Assembly: GCA_963817955.1 (NCBI GenBank)
Contig: CAWFQK010000002.1
Span: 1-64,000 of the forward strand
Origin: an uncultured Gemmatimonadaceae bacterium
GTDB taxonomy: Bacteria; Gemmatimonadota; Gemmatimonadetes; Gemmatimonadales; Gemmatimonadaceae
Length of the DNA stretch: 64,000 nt
Reading direction: 5' to 3'
Shown: piece after piece, positions 40,577-50,920 of the stretch
Numbering within the stretch: the first letter of the stretch is position 1
Layout: each line of letters starts with the position of its first letter
Translations under genes and position numbers: made by a program
The notes under the pieces: generated by a model
Told to the model about the DNA's origin: nothing
What the model saw: the letters and a program-made list of their open reading frames with translations, nothing else
Database searches by the model: none

Positions 40577-40836
40577 TGTACTAAGGTGACGTGCCCCTGC
40601 CGCATACGGCTAAGGGGCAACTGCAGTACATAGGTAGTACATAGACTGACATTTGCCCTCGGCACATAGACGGACACAGATGGCGGCAGCGACTTCAGCA
40701 ACAGCGGTTGGCTGCCGAACCTTGTATGCGAGACCGATGCCAGCCGGCTCGACGTCCGGCGGTGGCGTGTTTGCGCAATACACTTGTGTCGTCAATGAAT
40801 CCCCACCTCTACGGCAACCCGACGACGGGCCGTCGT

Positions 40837-43800
40837 ATGCGCGTTACGCGCACACGGTCGGCACGAGCGTCCACCCACGCATCGCTCTGGGCCCTGGTCC
40901 TGCTGCTCGGGAGCGGACCGGTCGCGCGCGCCCAGCTGCTCAATTTTCAGCATTACAACGGCGTCGACGGACTGCCGCAGTCCCAGGTCATGGCCATCCA
41001 CCAGGATCGCCTCGGCTATATGTGGTTTGCGACCTATGGCGGACTCGCGCGCTTCAATGGCGACGATTTCCTGGCCTACACGACGCAAGATGGTCTCTCG
41101 TCGAACTCCGTGTCCGATATCGCCGAAGGAGACGACGGGCTCCTTCTCATTGGCACCACACGTGGGCTCTGCACGTTCGATCGCGTGCGCTTCAAATGCC
41201 TCCGTCACCGGGACGGCCTGGCGAACGAGGACGTGCAGACCGTGGCGGCCGATGGCTTCGGCGGCACGTGGGTCAGCACCGATAGCGGCGTCTCGCACGC
41301 CAACCCTGACGGAATTCACAATTACACATGGGCCGATGGGCTCGCCACGGGGCGCGTCCTGCGCGTCGTGGTCGATTCTGAGAAGCGAGTCTGGGTCGCG
41401 AACGAAAGCGGGATCGTTCGCTTCCAGCGCGCCTCCAAGCGGTTCGTCGCCGATTCACTGCTCATGTTCGGCAATGCGACGATTCAGTTCATTGCGCCGG
41501 CACGCGATGGACTGCTGGTCGGTTACGACGGTCGCCTGTTCTTTCGGCATGGGAACGAACTGACCGCGATCGCTCCCGGAAAGATCCCCGCTGGCACCGT
41601 CATGGTGGACGGTGCAATGGGGCGCAACGGGACGATCTGGGTGGCGACGCGTACTGGCGTGCTACGAATCCATGATGGCCAGGTGGATCAATTGGGTCCG
41701 GCAAACGGTCTGCTGTCGCAGATGATCAGTCGCGTGTCGATCGACCGTGACGGCGATGTCTGGTTCGGCACGGACGCCGGCGTGAGCGAGCACGTGCCGG
41801 GGCCGTTCCGCAGCTACACGGCCGCGGAAGGGTTGCCGAGTCCATTCGTGCGTGCGATTGCCTCTGATGCAAAGGGGCGCTTGTGGATCGGGACGCGGAA
41901 TGGCGTCGCGATGCGGGAGGGCGGCGGATTCAAGACGGTCCCGATTGCCGGTATCATCGATCCGCGCGTTTTCAGCTTGGCGTTCGAACCAAGTGGTGGT
42001 TTGCTCGTCGGCACGCGTCAAGGGCTGTATTGGTACAAGGACGGCCGCGTGCGTGCGTATCACGACCCGGATGGACTCCTGGGCGACGCGGCGTTCAGCC
42101 TCCTGGCAGACGGAGGTGCCGGGGTGTGGGTGGGGACGAGACGCGGCATTGCGCGGTGGGAGGCAGGTCGCCTCACTCCGATGAATCTGCCCGAGATCGC
42201 TGCGGCTCAGATCATCTCCATGACGCGCGATTCACGAGGGCGGTTATGGATGGGTCGCCGCGCCGGCGGAATCGCAATTCTCGACCACGACTCGTTGCAG
42301 TTGCTCGGCGCCAATCAGGGCGCCACCAACGAGTCCGTCTGGATGATGCGCGAAGACGCGCAGGGTCGGATGTGGGTCGCCACCGACGGCGACGGTGCGC
42401 TGCGCATCGATGGCCCCACCATTCGTCACATCACGGTGAAGGACGGGCTGGCGAGCAACTTCCTGTGGCAGGTCCTGCCGGATTCGCGCGGAGCGGTCTG
42501 GCTGTTCGGAAACCTCGGCCTCGATCGATTCTCCGGAGAACGTTCGACGCACTACGGGCATGCGAGTGGTCTGCTCGACCTCGAAGGCAGCGCGAATAGT
42601 GCATTCGAAGACACGACGGGAAATCTCTGGTTCGGCACCGGGGCGGGACTCGTCCTCTTCACGCCGGGGCTCGACGTCGTCGACGCCGTCGCCCCTCCAG
42701 TATACGCCGAAGAAGCAACCAACGATGGCGTGCCATTCTCCGCGCAGCCAGACGGCCAACCACCACGCCTGACCCGCGGCGTGATACGGCTCCACTTTGG
42801 CGCGCCCAGCTTTCGCGACCGGTCGGCCATCCACTTTCGCTACCGTCTGATCGGTGCGAGTGATCGTTGGTCTGCACTCACCTCGGAGCGGAGCATCACG
42901 TACGCCGGCTTGAGCCCTGGGAGCTATCAGTTCGAGGTCGTCGCCGTCGAGGGCGGCGCGCAGAGCAAGACGCCGGCGGTTATTACGTTCATCATCACCC
43001 CGGCGTTCTGGCAGGCGTGGTGGTTCCGGCTCCTCTGTATCAGCCTCCTGGTTGGCGGAACGGCGACGGTGCCTACGCTGAGGGCGCGCGTCCTGGAGAA
43101 GGAGCGCCAACGACTGGAGCAGTTGGTGGCGCGACACACGAGCGATCTCGCGGACAAGGCCGCGCGACTCGAACGGTCGAACGGCGACCTCGAGCAATTC
43201 GCGTACATCGCGTCGCACGATCTCCAGGAACCTCTCCGAAAGATCCAGGCGTTCTCCGGCCGCATCGTCACCGGCTACGCTCCAATACTCGACGACCAGG
43301 GTCGCGATTATCTGAGCCGGATTGGCAACGCCGCGGCAAGGATGCAGCAGTTGATCGACGACCTCCTCAGCCTGTCTCGTGTCACGACAAAGCGGAATCC
43401 TCTAGCGCCGGTCGATCTGAACGTGATCGCGCGCGAGGTACTGGGCGATCTGGAGGTCCGCATCCAGACCACCGGCGGTCGTGTCGAGCTCGGCGAGCTG
43501 CCGCGGATCATCGGAGATCCAGTCCAGCTCCGGCAGGTCTTCCAGAACCTCATTGGTAATGCACTCAAGTTCCACCGGAAGGAGCAGGCACCAGTGGTGA
43601 AGGTCAGCGCGGTACCGGGCAATGCGGACACGGTCGATCTCTATTTCGACGACAACGGAATCGGCTTCGACAACAAGGACGCCAATCGCGTCTTCCTTCC
43701 CTTCCAGCGTCTACACGGCCGACAGGCGTACGAGGGCACCGGCATTGGGCTGGCGATCTGCAAGAAGATCGCTGAACAGCACGGCGGCGTCATTCGAGCG

Positions 43801-43881
43801 GAGAGCAAGGCCGGAGAAGGATCGCGGTTCGTGGTGACCCTGCCACTGCACGGTCCAATCGGAGAGAAGCATGCTGCGTGA
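40837..43881 (+). CDS. Sensor histidine kinase with periplasmic beta-propeller (Reg_prop) and Y_Y_Y domains
   Basis: Repeated GL...D..G.LWxGT..G units, YAGLSPGSYQFEV, TM, YIASHDLQEPLRKI, NLIGNALKF, GTGIGL; start uncertain. Confidence 0.9.
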   Translation: MRVTRTRSARASTHASLWALVLLLGSGPVARAQLLNFQHYNGVDGLPQSQVMAIHQDRLGYMWFATYGGLARFNGDDFLAYTTQDGLSSNSVSDIAEGDDGLLLIGTTRGLCTFDRVRFKCLRHRDGLANEDVQTVAADGFGGTWVSTDSGVSHANPDGIHNYTWADGLATGRVLRVVVDSEKRVWVANESGIVRFQRASKRFVADSLLMFGNATIQFIAPARDGLLVGYDGRLFFRHGNELTAIAPGKIPAGTVMVDGAMGRNGTIWVATRTGVLRIHDGQVDQLGPANGLLSQMISRVSIDRDGDVWFGTDAGVSEHVPGPFRSYTAAEGLPSPFVRAIASDAKGRLWIGTRNGVAMREGGGFKTVPIAGIIDPRVFSLAFEPSGGLLVGTRQGLYWYKDGRVRAYHDPDGLLGDAAFSLLADGGAGVWVGTRRGIARWEAGRLTPMNLPEIAAAQIISMTRDSRGRLWMGRRAGGIAILDHDSLQLLGANQGATNESVWMMREDAQGRMWVATDGDGALRIDGPTIRHITVKDGLASNFLWQVLPDSRGAVWLFGNLGLDRFSGERSTHYGHASGLLDLEGSANSAFEDTTGNLWFGTGAGLVLFTPGLDVVDAVAPPVYAEEATNDGVPFSAQPDGQPPRLTRGVIRLHFGAPSFRDRSAIHFRYRLIGASDRWSALTSERSITYAGLSPGSYQFEVVAVEGGAQSKTPAVITFIITPAFWQAWWFRLLCISLLVGGTATVPTLRARVLEKERQRLEQLVARHTSDLADKAARLERSNGDLEQFAYIASHDLQEPLRKIQAFSGRIVTGYAPILDDQGRDYLSRIGNAAARMQQLIDDLLSLSRVTTKRNPLAPVDLNVIAREVLGDLEVRIQTTGGRVELGELPRIIGDPVQLRQVFQNLIGNALKFHRKEQAPVVKVSAVPGNADTVDLYFDDNGIGFDNKDANRVFLPFQRLHGRQAYEGTGIGLAICKKIAEQHGGVIRAESKAGEGSRFVVTLPLHGPIGEKHAA

Positions 43882-44326
43882 CAGCTCGGGACCTGTCGTC
43901 ATCCTCATGGCTGACGATGACGCGGACGATCGCATGCTCACGCGAGATGCCTTGCACGAGAGTCGCTTGGGCAATCCGTTCCGCGAGGTGGAGGACGGTC
44001 AGGAGCTGATGGACTATCTCCGGCGGGCCGGCAAATACGCGACGGCGGACGCGCCGCGGCCGGGGCTCATCCTGCTCGACCTCAATATGCCGCGCATGAA
44101 TGGGCGCGAGGCGCTCGAGCAGATCAAGAGTGACCCGAATCTCCAGTGCATTCCCGTCATCATCCTCACCACCTCCAAGACGGAAGAAGACGTGCTGCGT
44201 TCATACGGGCTCGGCGCCAACTCGTTCATCACGAAGCCGGTGACATTCGACCGTCTGGTGGAGATCGTTCGCACGCTCGGCACGTACTGGTTCAACATCG
44301 TTCAGCTCCCCGGATCTCCCGTATAA
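43871..44326 (+). CDS. Single-domain response regulator (Rcp1-like)
   Basis: ADDDADD, LLDLNMPRMNG, LTTS, ANSFITKP, YWF. Confidence 0.9.
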   Translation: MLRDSSGPVVILMADDDADDRMLTRDALHESRLGNPFREVEDGQELMDYLRRAGKYATADAPRPGLILLDLNMPRMNGREALEQIKSDPNLQCIPVIILTTSKTEEDVLRSYGLGANSFITKPVTFDRLVEIVRTLGTYWFNIVQLPGSPV

Positions 44327-44330
44327 TCGA

Positions 44331-45251
44331 ATGCCTGATTCGCTCGTTCGTGTGCTCCTCGTCGACGACGACGAAGACGACGCCCTCCTCACTCGGGCGA
44401 CGCTCGGCGACGGGTTCGGCTCGCGGGTCACCATGGAATGGGCGGGGACGTATGCGCTGGGCCTCGACAAGCTGACGACGGGCAGCTTCGACGTGGCGCT
44501 GGTCGACTATAATCTTGGCGGGGAGACGGGCATCGAGCTGTTGCGCGCAGCCCAAGCTCGTGGCTGCCGCACGCCGGTCATCATGCTCACGGGTCACTCC
44601 GACCGCGCGACCGATCTCGACGCCATGCACGCCGGCGCGGCCGATTACTTCGTCAAGGGCCGAGTGACCGGCGACATGCTCGAGCGCTCGATTCGCTACG
44701 CGCGCGAGCGTCACCGTCTGCTCGAGGAGATCCGCTCGCTCTCACTGAGAGACCAACTGACCGGGCTCGGCAATCGTCGCGCATTCTTCACGTTCGGCGA
44801 GCAGCGATTGCAGCTCATGGAGCGCGCCGCCTCACTGGGCGTGCTGGTCTTTGCCGACGTTGATGGACTCAAGCAGGTGAATGACACCCTCGGCCATGAG
44901 TCCGGCGACGCCCTCTTGGTCGATGCCGCGCGCGTGCTGTGCGCCACCTTCCGCCGCACCGATCTCATCGCGCGTCTGGGCGGAGACGAGTTCGTCGTGC
45001 TCGCCGACGTATCGGCCAACGAGAATGTGCAGATCATCTTCGATCGGCTGCAGCGGCACGTCGAGCTCCACAACGCAACCCTCGGCGGCGAAGGCTTTCG
45101 CTTGTCGATCAGCGTCGGCGCCAAGTGCTTCACGGGCTCACCCTCCGTCGCGTTGCAGGAGCTCGTCGCCGGGGCCGACGCGCTCATGCTGCAACACAAG
45201 AAGAGCAGACGGGGACTACCGCAGCCCGACGTCAGGCCTTCGGTCCCTTGA
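44331..45251 (+). CDS. Response-regulator diguanylate cyclase (REC-GGDEF)
   Basis: REC domain, DQLTGLGNRR, ARLGGDEF. Confidence 0.92.
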   Translation: MPDSLVRVLLVDDDEDDALLTRATLGDGFGSRVTMEWAGTYALGLDKLTTGSFDVALVDYNLGGETGIELLRAAQARGCRTPVIMLTGHSDRATDLDAMHAGAADYFVKGRVTGDMLERSIRYARERHRLLEEIRSLSLRDQLTGLGNRRAFFTFGEQRLQLMERAASLGVLVFADVDGLKQVNDTLGHESGDALLVDAARVLCATFRRTDLIARLGGDEFVVLADVSANENVQIIFDRLQRHVELHNATLGGEGFRLSISVGAKCFTGSPSVALQELVAGADALMLQHKKSRRGLPQPDVRPSVP

Positions 45252-47211
45252 GGTACGCGTCCATCCACCGCACCGTCCGCTCGCGCACGTCGCGCGCGTG
45301 CTCGGGATTTTCGAAGTGGTGTCCCTCGTCCGGATAGACCACGAGTTGCGTCGTGACGCCGGCATGCTGCAGCCCACGCCAGAACTCGAATGATTGAGGC
45401 GCTGGGCATTCCGCGTCGCGCTCGCCGACGACAATGAGCGTCGGTGTCTTTGCATGATCGATGTAGTTGATCGGCGAACTCTTGTCGTACACTGCCTTGT
45501 TCTCGTAGGCCGTGGCGCCGAAGAACGGCACCATCCACTCGCTGATCCCGTTCTCGCCCGTATAGCTCAGCCAATTCGATAGCCCGGCACCGGACACGGC
45601 TGCCTTGAACCGGTGCGTCTGCGTCACCGCCCACATCGTCATGAAGCCGCCGTAGCTCCAGCCGCGAATGCCCAACCGATTGCCATCGACGGGATAGCGG
45701 CGGAGCACTTCGTCGACGCCAGAGAGGATGTCCTGGAGATCGCCGTGGCCGAAGTCCTTGACGTTGGCGCGCGTGAACGCCTCACCCTGTCCGTAGCTGC
45801 CTCGCGGGTTGGGGAGAAACACGAAGTACCCATGCTGCGACTCGATGGCCTCGTAGGAATCGGGGCCGACAAACGCGGGGTGCACCGACGACGACGGGCC
45901 GCCATGCACCTGGACAATCATCGGGTATTTCTTGGACGGATCGAAGTTCGTCGGATATACAAGAAATCCTTGAACGTTGAACGTCCCGCTCTTCCAACGT
46001 ACGCTCACGCCCTTGCCCGCGGCCGGCGCGATGCCGTCGTTGACGTGCGTGACCTGCGTCCACTGCCCGGGTGCGCCAACCCATATCTCCGGTGCCATGC
46101 CAAATGACTCCCGGACCACGGCAACGGCCGACCCGTTGGGCAACGCCGACGCGCCTGCGACCCCGGCCATGGTCCCCGTCGATGTATGCTCATCGCCGGA
46201 CCAGAGCGCTGCGAACGCACCACTCCGCGCATCCACGGTGGCCATCTGCGACCGTCCCTGGGCGTAGCCGGTGACGAGTGCCATGGTCGGGCCAGTCCAG
46301 CTGAACGACGAGATCGAGCTCGTGATGGCCGGCGTGAGATTGCGCGGCGTACCGCCCACGGACGGCACGACGTAGAGGTCACCACCGGTGACGCCCTGGT
46401 CGCTCATCAATCCGCCGATGTACGCGATCAACGATCCGTCCGGAGACCAGCGCGGCTCAGCCAGCTGCGTCTTCGGTTTGGCAATGTCGTGGATCGCGCC
46501 GGTGGCGGCGTCGATGACGGACAGGCGCGCCACCCACCAGTTGTTGTTTCCGGAGCCCCGCGCCTGGCTGACGACGAGTTGCTTGTTATTCGGCGACCAG
46601 TCGTACTCGTAGATGTAGAGATCGGGCGGCGAGATGGGCTTGATGGCACCGGTGGCCAGGTCGACGATTGCCAGATGTTGACGGTCGATGTGCGTGTCCA
46701 TCACCCCTGTATCGCGCGGTGTCGCGGCGAGCGGGCTATTGGCCTGCTCGCTCGCGGTCGAGTAGAGCATGGCCAGGTGGGCACCGTCGGGCGACCACTG
46801 AACGTCGTGGACCGTTCCCGTTGTCGTCGCAATACGGCGGACCGATTCGCCATCGGCAGTCGTGACGAAGATGGCCGGCGACCCATGACTTGTCGTTGCG
46901 AGAATCGCCAGGCTGCGACCGTCCCGCGACCATACGATCTCCGACGCGCTGCCCGGATCAGCATCCGCCATGGCGACGACGTTCGGCCGCCAGCCGCCAC
47001 CTTGCTGATTCGCGATGACGACGCTGCCTCCAGCGGCCTGAATCCGCGACGCCGGGCCAATCCAGGCTACGCGGTGGCCATCGGGTGACAGCGCGACCTC
47101 GGTGAACGAACGCGCGGCGCCGACCGTCTGCGCGCGTGCCGCCGGGACGACGAGTATCGTGGCGAACAACGCGACCCGGGACAGGCCGGCCATGGAACGT
47201 ATCGAAGGCAT
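45232..47211 (-). CDS. S9 family peptidase
   Basis: Signal peptide, WSPDG propeller repeats, VHGGP, NPRGS, GWSYGG, DAECP, EGHH. Confidence 0.93.
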   Translation of the reverse strand: MPSIRSMAGLSRVALFATILVVPAARAQTVGAARSFTEVALSPDGHRVAWIGPASRIQAAGGSVVIANQQGGGWRPNVVAMADADPGSASEIVWSRDGRSLAILATTSHGSPAIFVTTADGESVRRIATTTGTVHDVQWSPDGAHLAMLYSTASEQANSPLAATPRDTGVMDTHIDRQHLAIVDLATGAIKPISPPDLYIYEYDWSPNNKQLVVSQARGSGNNNWWVARLSVIDAATGAIHDIAKPKTQLAEPRWSPDGSLIAYIGGLMSDQGVTGGDLYVVPSVGGTPRNLTPAITSSISSFSWTGPTMALVTGYAQGRSQMATVDARSGAFAALWSGDEHTSTGTMAGVAGASALPNGSAVAVVRESFGMAPEIWVGAPGQWTQVTHVNDGIAPAAGKGVSVRWKSGTFNVQGFLVYPTNFDPSKKYPMIVQVHGGPSSSVHPAFVGPDSYEAIESQHGYFVFLPNPRGSYGQGEAFTRANVKDFGHGDLQDILSGVDEVLRRYPVDGNRLGIRGWSYGGFMTMWAVTQTHRFKAAVSGAGLSNWLSYTGENGISEWMVPFFGATAYENKAVYDKSSPINYIDHAKTPTLIVVGERDAECPAPQSFEFWRGLQHAGVTTQLVVYPDEGHHFENPEHARDVRERTVRWMDAYLKGPKA

Positions 47212-47282
47212 GGAATGGTCTCGTTTCGAGAGCGACTGCGGGAAGATAGCCATTGGCGCGCAATCCGATTCGACCGGCACTG

Positions 47283-47858
47283 TCACGGGGGCCGGCGACT
47301 GGGCGGTCGCGGTTTGAGATCGATCTCCTTCAGCCGTTGGAGCTCGAGCCGCAGCGCGCGCAGTTGCTCATCGTGGTCGCGCAGATCGGATTCCAGACGC
47401 GCCGTATTTCGCCGGAGCAGGTCGGCCCTCGCCGTCGTGGAATCCAGAATGGCGCGAAGCTGCTGCACCTCGGCCGTCCGCGCGGCGATCTTCGACTCGA
47501 GCTCGCGCCGGAGCGCGGTGTTACTGTCGCGGGCGCGCAAGAGCGCGTCCATGTCGGCGAGCCGGTCGGTCGCGTCGGCGCGATATCGGGTATTCGGAAA
47601 CTGAAATAGCAGTCGCCGGAAGAGCCCGCGCGCCCGATCGGGGTCATACGTTGGACGCGACGGCGTGCCATAGAGAATCCCGGCGAGGTACACAGCACGT
47701 TCGTCATGCAGCAGCGCCGAGTCGGTGCTGAACGTCCGCGCGGCATCGGACCACCGCTGCGCGGCGAGCTCGCGATCGAACTGCCGCGGCGCGCACGCCG
47801 TGGCGCTCACCACCACCGCGCCTATCGATACGATGGCAATGCGGACAGCGCCCATCAT
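47283..47858 (-). CDS. Lipoprotein with coiled coil, QseG/YfhG-like accessory of the two-component system
   Basis: Lipobox-like TAC, TPR-like helices, long coiled coil ending LQRLKEIDL; ATGA-coupled to the kinase. Confidence 0.6.
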   Translation of the reverse strand: MMGAVRIAIVSIGAVVVSATACAPRQFDRELAAQRWSDAARTFSTDSALLHDERAVYLAGILYGTPSRPTYDPDRARGLFRRLLFQFPNTRYRADATDRLADMDALLRARDSNTALRRELESKIAARTAEVQQLRAILDSTTARADLLRRNTARLESDLRDHDEQLRALRLELQRLKEIDLKPRPPSRRPP

Positions 47859-49441
47859 GCGATCCGCTCGCTGCCACCAACCGGTGCCGGTCCGAGCACC
47901 GCGTCCGGCGCGTCCGGCGCATCCGCCGCGCCGGCCGCGCCGGCCGCGCCGGGGAGCAGCACGCAGAACAGGCTGCCGCTCGGCTCATTGTCGGTCACCC
48001 AGATCGCGCCACCATGTGCCGCGACGATTTCGCGACAGATCGTGAGCCCGAGACCGACGCCGTGCCCATGCGCGGCGCGTCCAGCCTCGGTTTGATAGAA
48101 GCGCGCGAAGATCCGCTCCTTTTCGTCGTCCGGAATACCAGGACCATCGTCGGCGACAGAGAGCAGTACCGCACCGCCGCGCATACCGCTCCTGCGCACC
48201 GCGGCCGACTGCTCCGCCGGCACGCGGTCGCCCCCCGACGGCCATTCGGCAATACGCACCCGAACGGCTCCGCCGGGCGGAGAGAACTTGATCGCATTCT
48301 CGAGCAGGTTGTCGAGCACCTGGGCAAGGCCAGTCGCATCGCCGCGTACGAGCAATCGCCGGTGCGGTTCCGTGAGCGACAAACGGAAACCACGTTGTGT
48401 CCGCGCCGCATCGGCACGCTCCAGCGGACCCTTCACGAGTTGCATCACGTCGAGCATCTGCAAATCGGGCTCGAGGCCGGCCTCGATGCGCGACAGGTCG
48501 AGCAACTTGGTCACCATGGAGGATAACCGGCGCCCGCTGGCCAGATTGAGCTCGAGCAGTTGGCGCTGTTTGGCAGACAATGGCCCAGCCACTTCGTCGA
48601 GTAGGGCACCGATCGTCTCGTGCATCGAGGAGAGCGGAGTCTTGAGGTCGTGCGATACCTTCGCCACGAAATCGCGCTTCATGCGATCCAGCTCGTCCAA
48701 CCGCTCGGTCATCGAGTTGAAGTCCCGCGCCACCTGCGCGAACTCGTCGCCGCCCGTGGTGTCGAGCCGATAGCCGAACCGCCCCGCCGACACCTCGCGC
48801 GTCCCCTCGGCGAGGCGGCCAAGCGGTCCGACGATCGAGCGAACGAGCAGCGCGGACAGCAGCAGGCTGAGGACCAACGCCCCGAGCGCCGCCAGCCAAG
48901 ACACCCGCTCGGCATTGCGAGCCGATCGTTCCGACGCGCTCAGTTCGCGGCTCATCGCATCCTGCGATGCGGCGCTCAACTGTTGTGTCTCCGTGCGAAC
49001 CTGCTCGAGCGTCTGCTGCAGCATCGGCACCGACGCACGCCCCGCAGCCGTCGACGCATACTCGAAATTGGACAGACGCTGCGCCCGCGCCTCCACCGTT
49101 CGCCAGTCCGCGGCCAGCGGCGTGAGCGACGCCCGTTCCGCGGCGCTCAGCGGGATGGAATCGAGGTGCCGGAGCTGGCGTCCATACGCGCGCGACGATT
49201 CCAGGAATTTGCCGAGATACCCACGATCCCGGGTCACGAGGAATTTCTCGGCATCGCTACTCATCTGCGTGATGCGGGCGAGCTGATCGGTCGAGGACAC
49301 GCGGAGCCGAGACGAAATCTCGGTGAGTGCGTGCCCGCCATCCACGACGCCCCGGATTGTCCGCATGTGATACACGACGACCGCCGCGAGCAACGCGATG
49401 TAGACTGCGAATGCCGCCCGCAGCCGCGCGGCGACGCTCAT
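47855..49441 (-). CDS. HAMP sensor histidine kinase (GlrK/QseE-like)
   Basis: 2 TM, HAMP, VSHDLKTPL, NLLENAIKFSP, DDGPG, GVGLGL. Confidence 0.9.
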   Translation of the reverse strand: MSVAARLRAAFAVYIALLAAVVVYHMRTIRGVVDGGHALTEISSRLRVSSTDQLARITQMSSDAEKFLVTRDRGYLGKFLESSRAYGRQLRHLDSIPLSAAERASLTPLAADWRTVEARAQRLSNFEYASTAAGRASVPMLQQTLEQVRTETQQLSAASQDAMSRELSASERSARNAERVSWLAALGALVLSLLLSALLVRSIVGPLGRLAEGTREVSAGRFGYRLDTTGGDEFAQVARDFNSMTERLDELDRMKRDFVAKVSHDLKTPLSSMHETIGALLDEVAGPLSAKQRQLLELNLASGRRLSSMVTKLLDLSRIEAGLEPDLQMLDVMQLVKGPLERADAARTQRGFRLSLTEPHRRLLVRGDATGLAQVLDNLLENAIKFSPPGGAVRVRIAEWPSGGDRVPAEQSAAVRRSGMRGGAVLLSVADDGPGIPDDEKERIFARFYQTEAGRAAHGHGVGLGLTICREIVAAHGGAIWVTDNEPSGSLFCVLLPGAAGAAGAADAPDAPDAVLGPAPVGGSERIA

Positions 49442-50805
49442 TCGTCCAGGCCGTACGTCCGCAGTTTGTTGCGGATCGTCTTGACGTCCAGCCCGAGCTG
49501 TCGCGCCGCCTCGGCTTTGTTGTGTCCGACTCGTTCCAATGTTTGGAGAATGAGCAAGCGCTCTGCTTCGGCCAACGTGGTACCCGCCGGCAACGTCAGC
49601 GTTGGACGAACGCCCTGACGCAACGCCTGCAAGTAGGGCGGTAGATGGCGCGGCTCGATCCATCCGGCGCGGGCCACGATCGTGGCGCGCTCGATGACAT
49701 TGCGTAGCTCCCGCACGTTCCCGGGCCACGCATGGGCCTCGAGCAACTCGCGTGCGGCGTCGCCGACGCCCTCGACGTCCAGCGAATGCTTCCGCCCAAA
49801 CTCACGCACGAAGTGCTGCGCCAACAGCGGAACGTCCTCGATCCGTTCGCGAAGCGAAGGGAGCGCAATCTCGAACACCGTGAGCCGATAGTAGAGATCT
49901 TCTCGAAGCCGTCCCTCACGAATCGCCTGCGCAGGCGGTCGATTGGTCGCCGCGAGCACCCGAACGTCGAATGCGATATCACGGCTGCCCCCAAGCCGGC
50001 GGGCGTGCCCGTCCTCGAGCACACGCAGCAGCTTGGGCTGCAACGCCATCGGCATATCCGCGATCTCATCGAGAAAGAGCGTCCCGCCGTTCGCCATCTC
50101 GAACACACCGGGACGTGAGCGCGTGGCCCCGGTGAACGCGCCCTGTTCGTGGCCGAACACCTCGCTCTCGATCAGCCCTTCAGGAATGGCGGCGGTGTTG
50201 ATTGCCACGAACGGCTTGTCGCGACGATCGCTGAAGGCGTGAATCGCGCGGGCGGCCACCTCCTTTCCGGTGCCGCTCTCGCCGGTGAGGATCGCCGATG
50301 CGTTGCTCGACGCCAGCGATTCGATCGTGCGATGCAACTCGCGCATCGACCGACTCTGACCTACCATGCGGCCGTCGCCGCTCTGCCGGTCGAGCCGCGT
50401 CTCCAACGATCGGCTCTCATGCCGCCGCCGAACGCCCGCAGCGGTGACTTCGAGCAGCGCGAAGAGTGTGACGTAGTCGAGCGGCTTCGTCAGGAAATCG
50501 GCCGCCCCGGACTTCATTGCCTCGACGGCACCGTCGACGTTGCCGTGCGCCGTGATCATCACGACGGGCAGGCGTTCGTCCTGCCGTTTGATGCGCTTGA
50601 GCAACTCCATGCCCGAGCTGCCCGGCAGCACGAGATCGCAAAGGACCAGATCGGGCCGCTGGCGATCGATCTCGCGCTCTGCCTCGGCTGCATCTCCCAC
50701 CGTGCGCACGTCATGCCCCCAGTCGGCGAGGCGAAGTGACAGCACTTCGCGCAGCGCCGGCTCATCGTCGATCACCAGAACGGCAAGGCGGGGGAGATCC
50801 ATCAT
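49438..50805 (-). CDS. Sigma-54-dependent response regulator
   Basis: REC, GESGTGKE, GAFTGA, WPGNVREL, HTH; start uncertain (50802-50829). Confidence 0.93.
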   Translation of the reverse strand: MMDLPRLAVLVIDDEPALREVLSLRLADWGHDVRTVGDAAEAEREIDRQRPDLVLCDLVLPGSSGMELLKRIKRQDERLPVVMITAHGNVDGAVEAMKSGAADFLTKPLDYVTLFALLEVTAAGVRRRHESRSLETRLDRQSGDGRMVGQSRSMRELHRTIESLASSNASAILTGESGTGKEVAARAIHAFSDRRDKPFVAINTAAIPEGLIESEVFGHEQGAFTGATRSRPGVFEMANGGTLFLDEIADMPMALQPKLLRVLEDGHARRLGGSRDIAFDVRVLAATNRPPAQAIREGRLREDLYYRLTVFEIALPSLRERIEDVPLLAQHFVREFGRKHSLDVEGVGDAARELLEAHAWPGNVRELRNVIERATIVARAGWIEPRHLPPYLQALRQGVRPTLTLPAGTTLAEAERLLILQTLERVGHNKAEAARQLGLDVKTIRNKLRTYGLDE

Positions 50806-50920
50806 CGTAATCTGATGGCGGAGCGGCATGTAATGAAGCCGCTCACCATCTCCGCTGCACAACAGCCCCGGAACGCCGTCGGTGGCGTCCGGGGCCGCTG
50901 AACCGCTCACACGATGTCCG

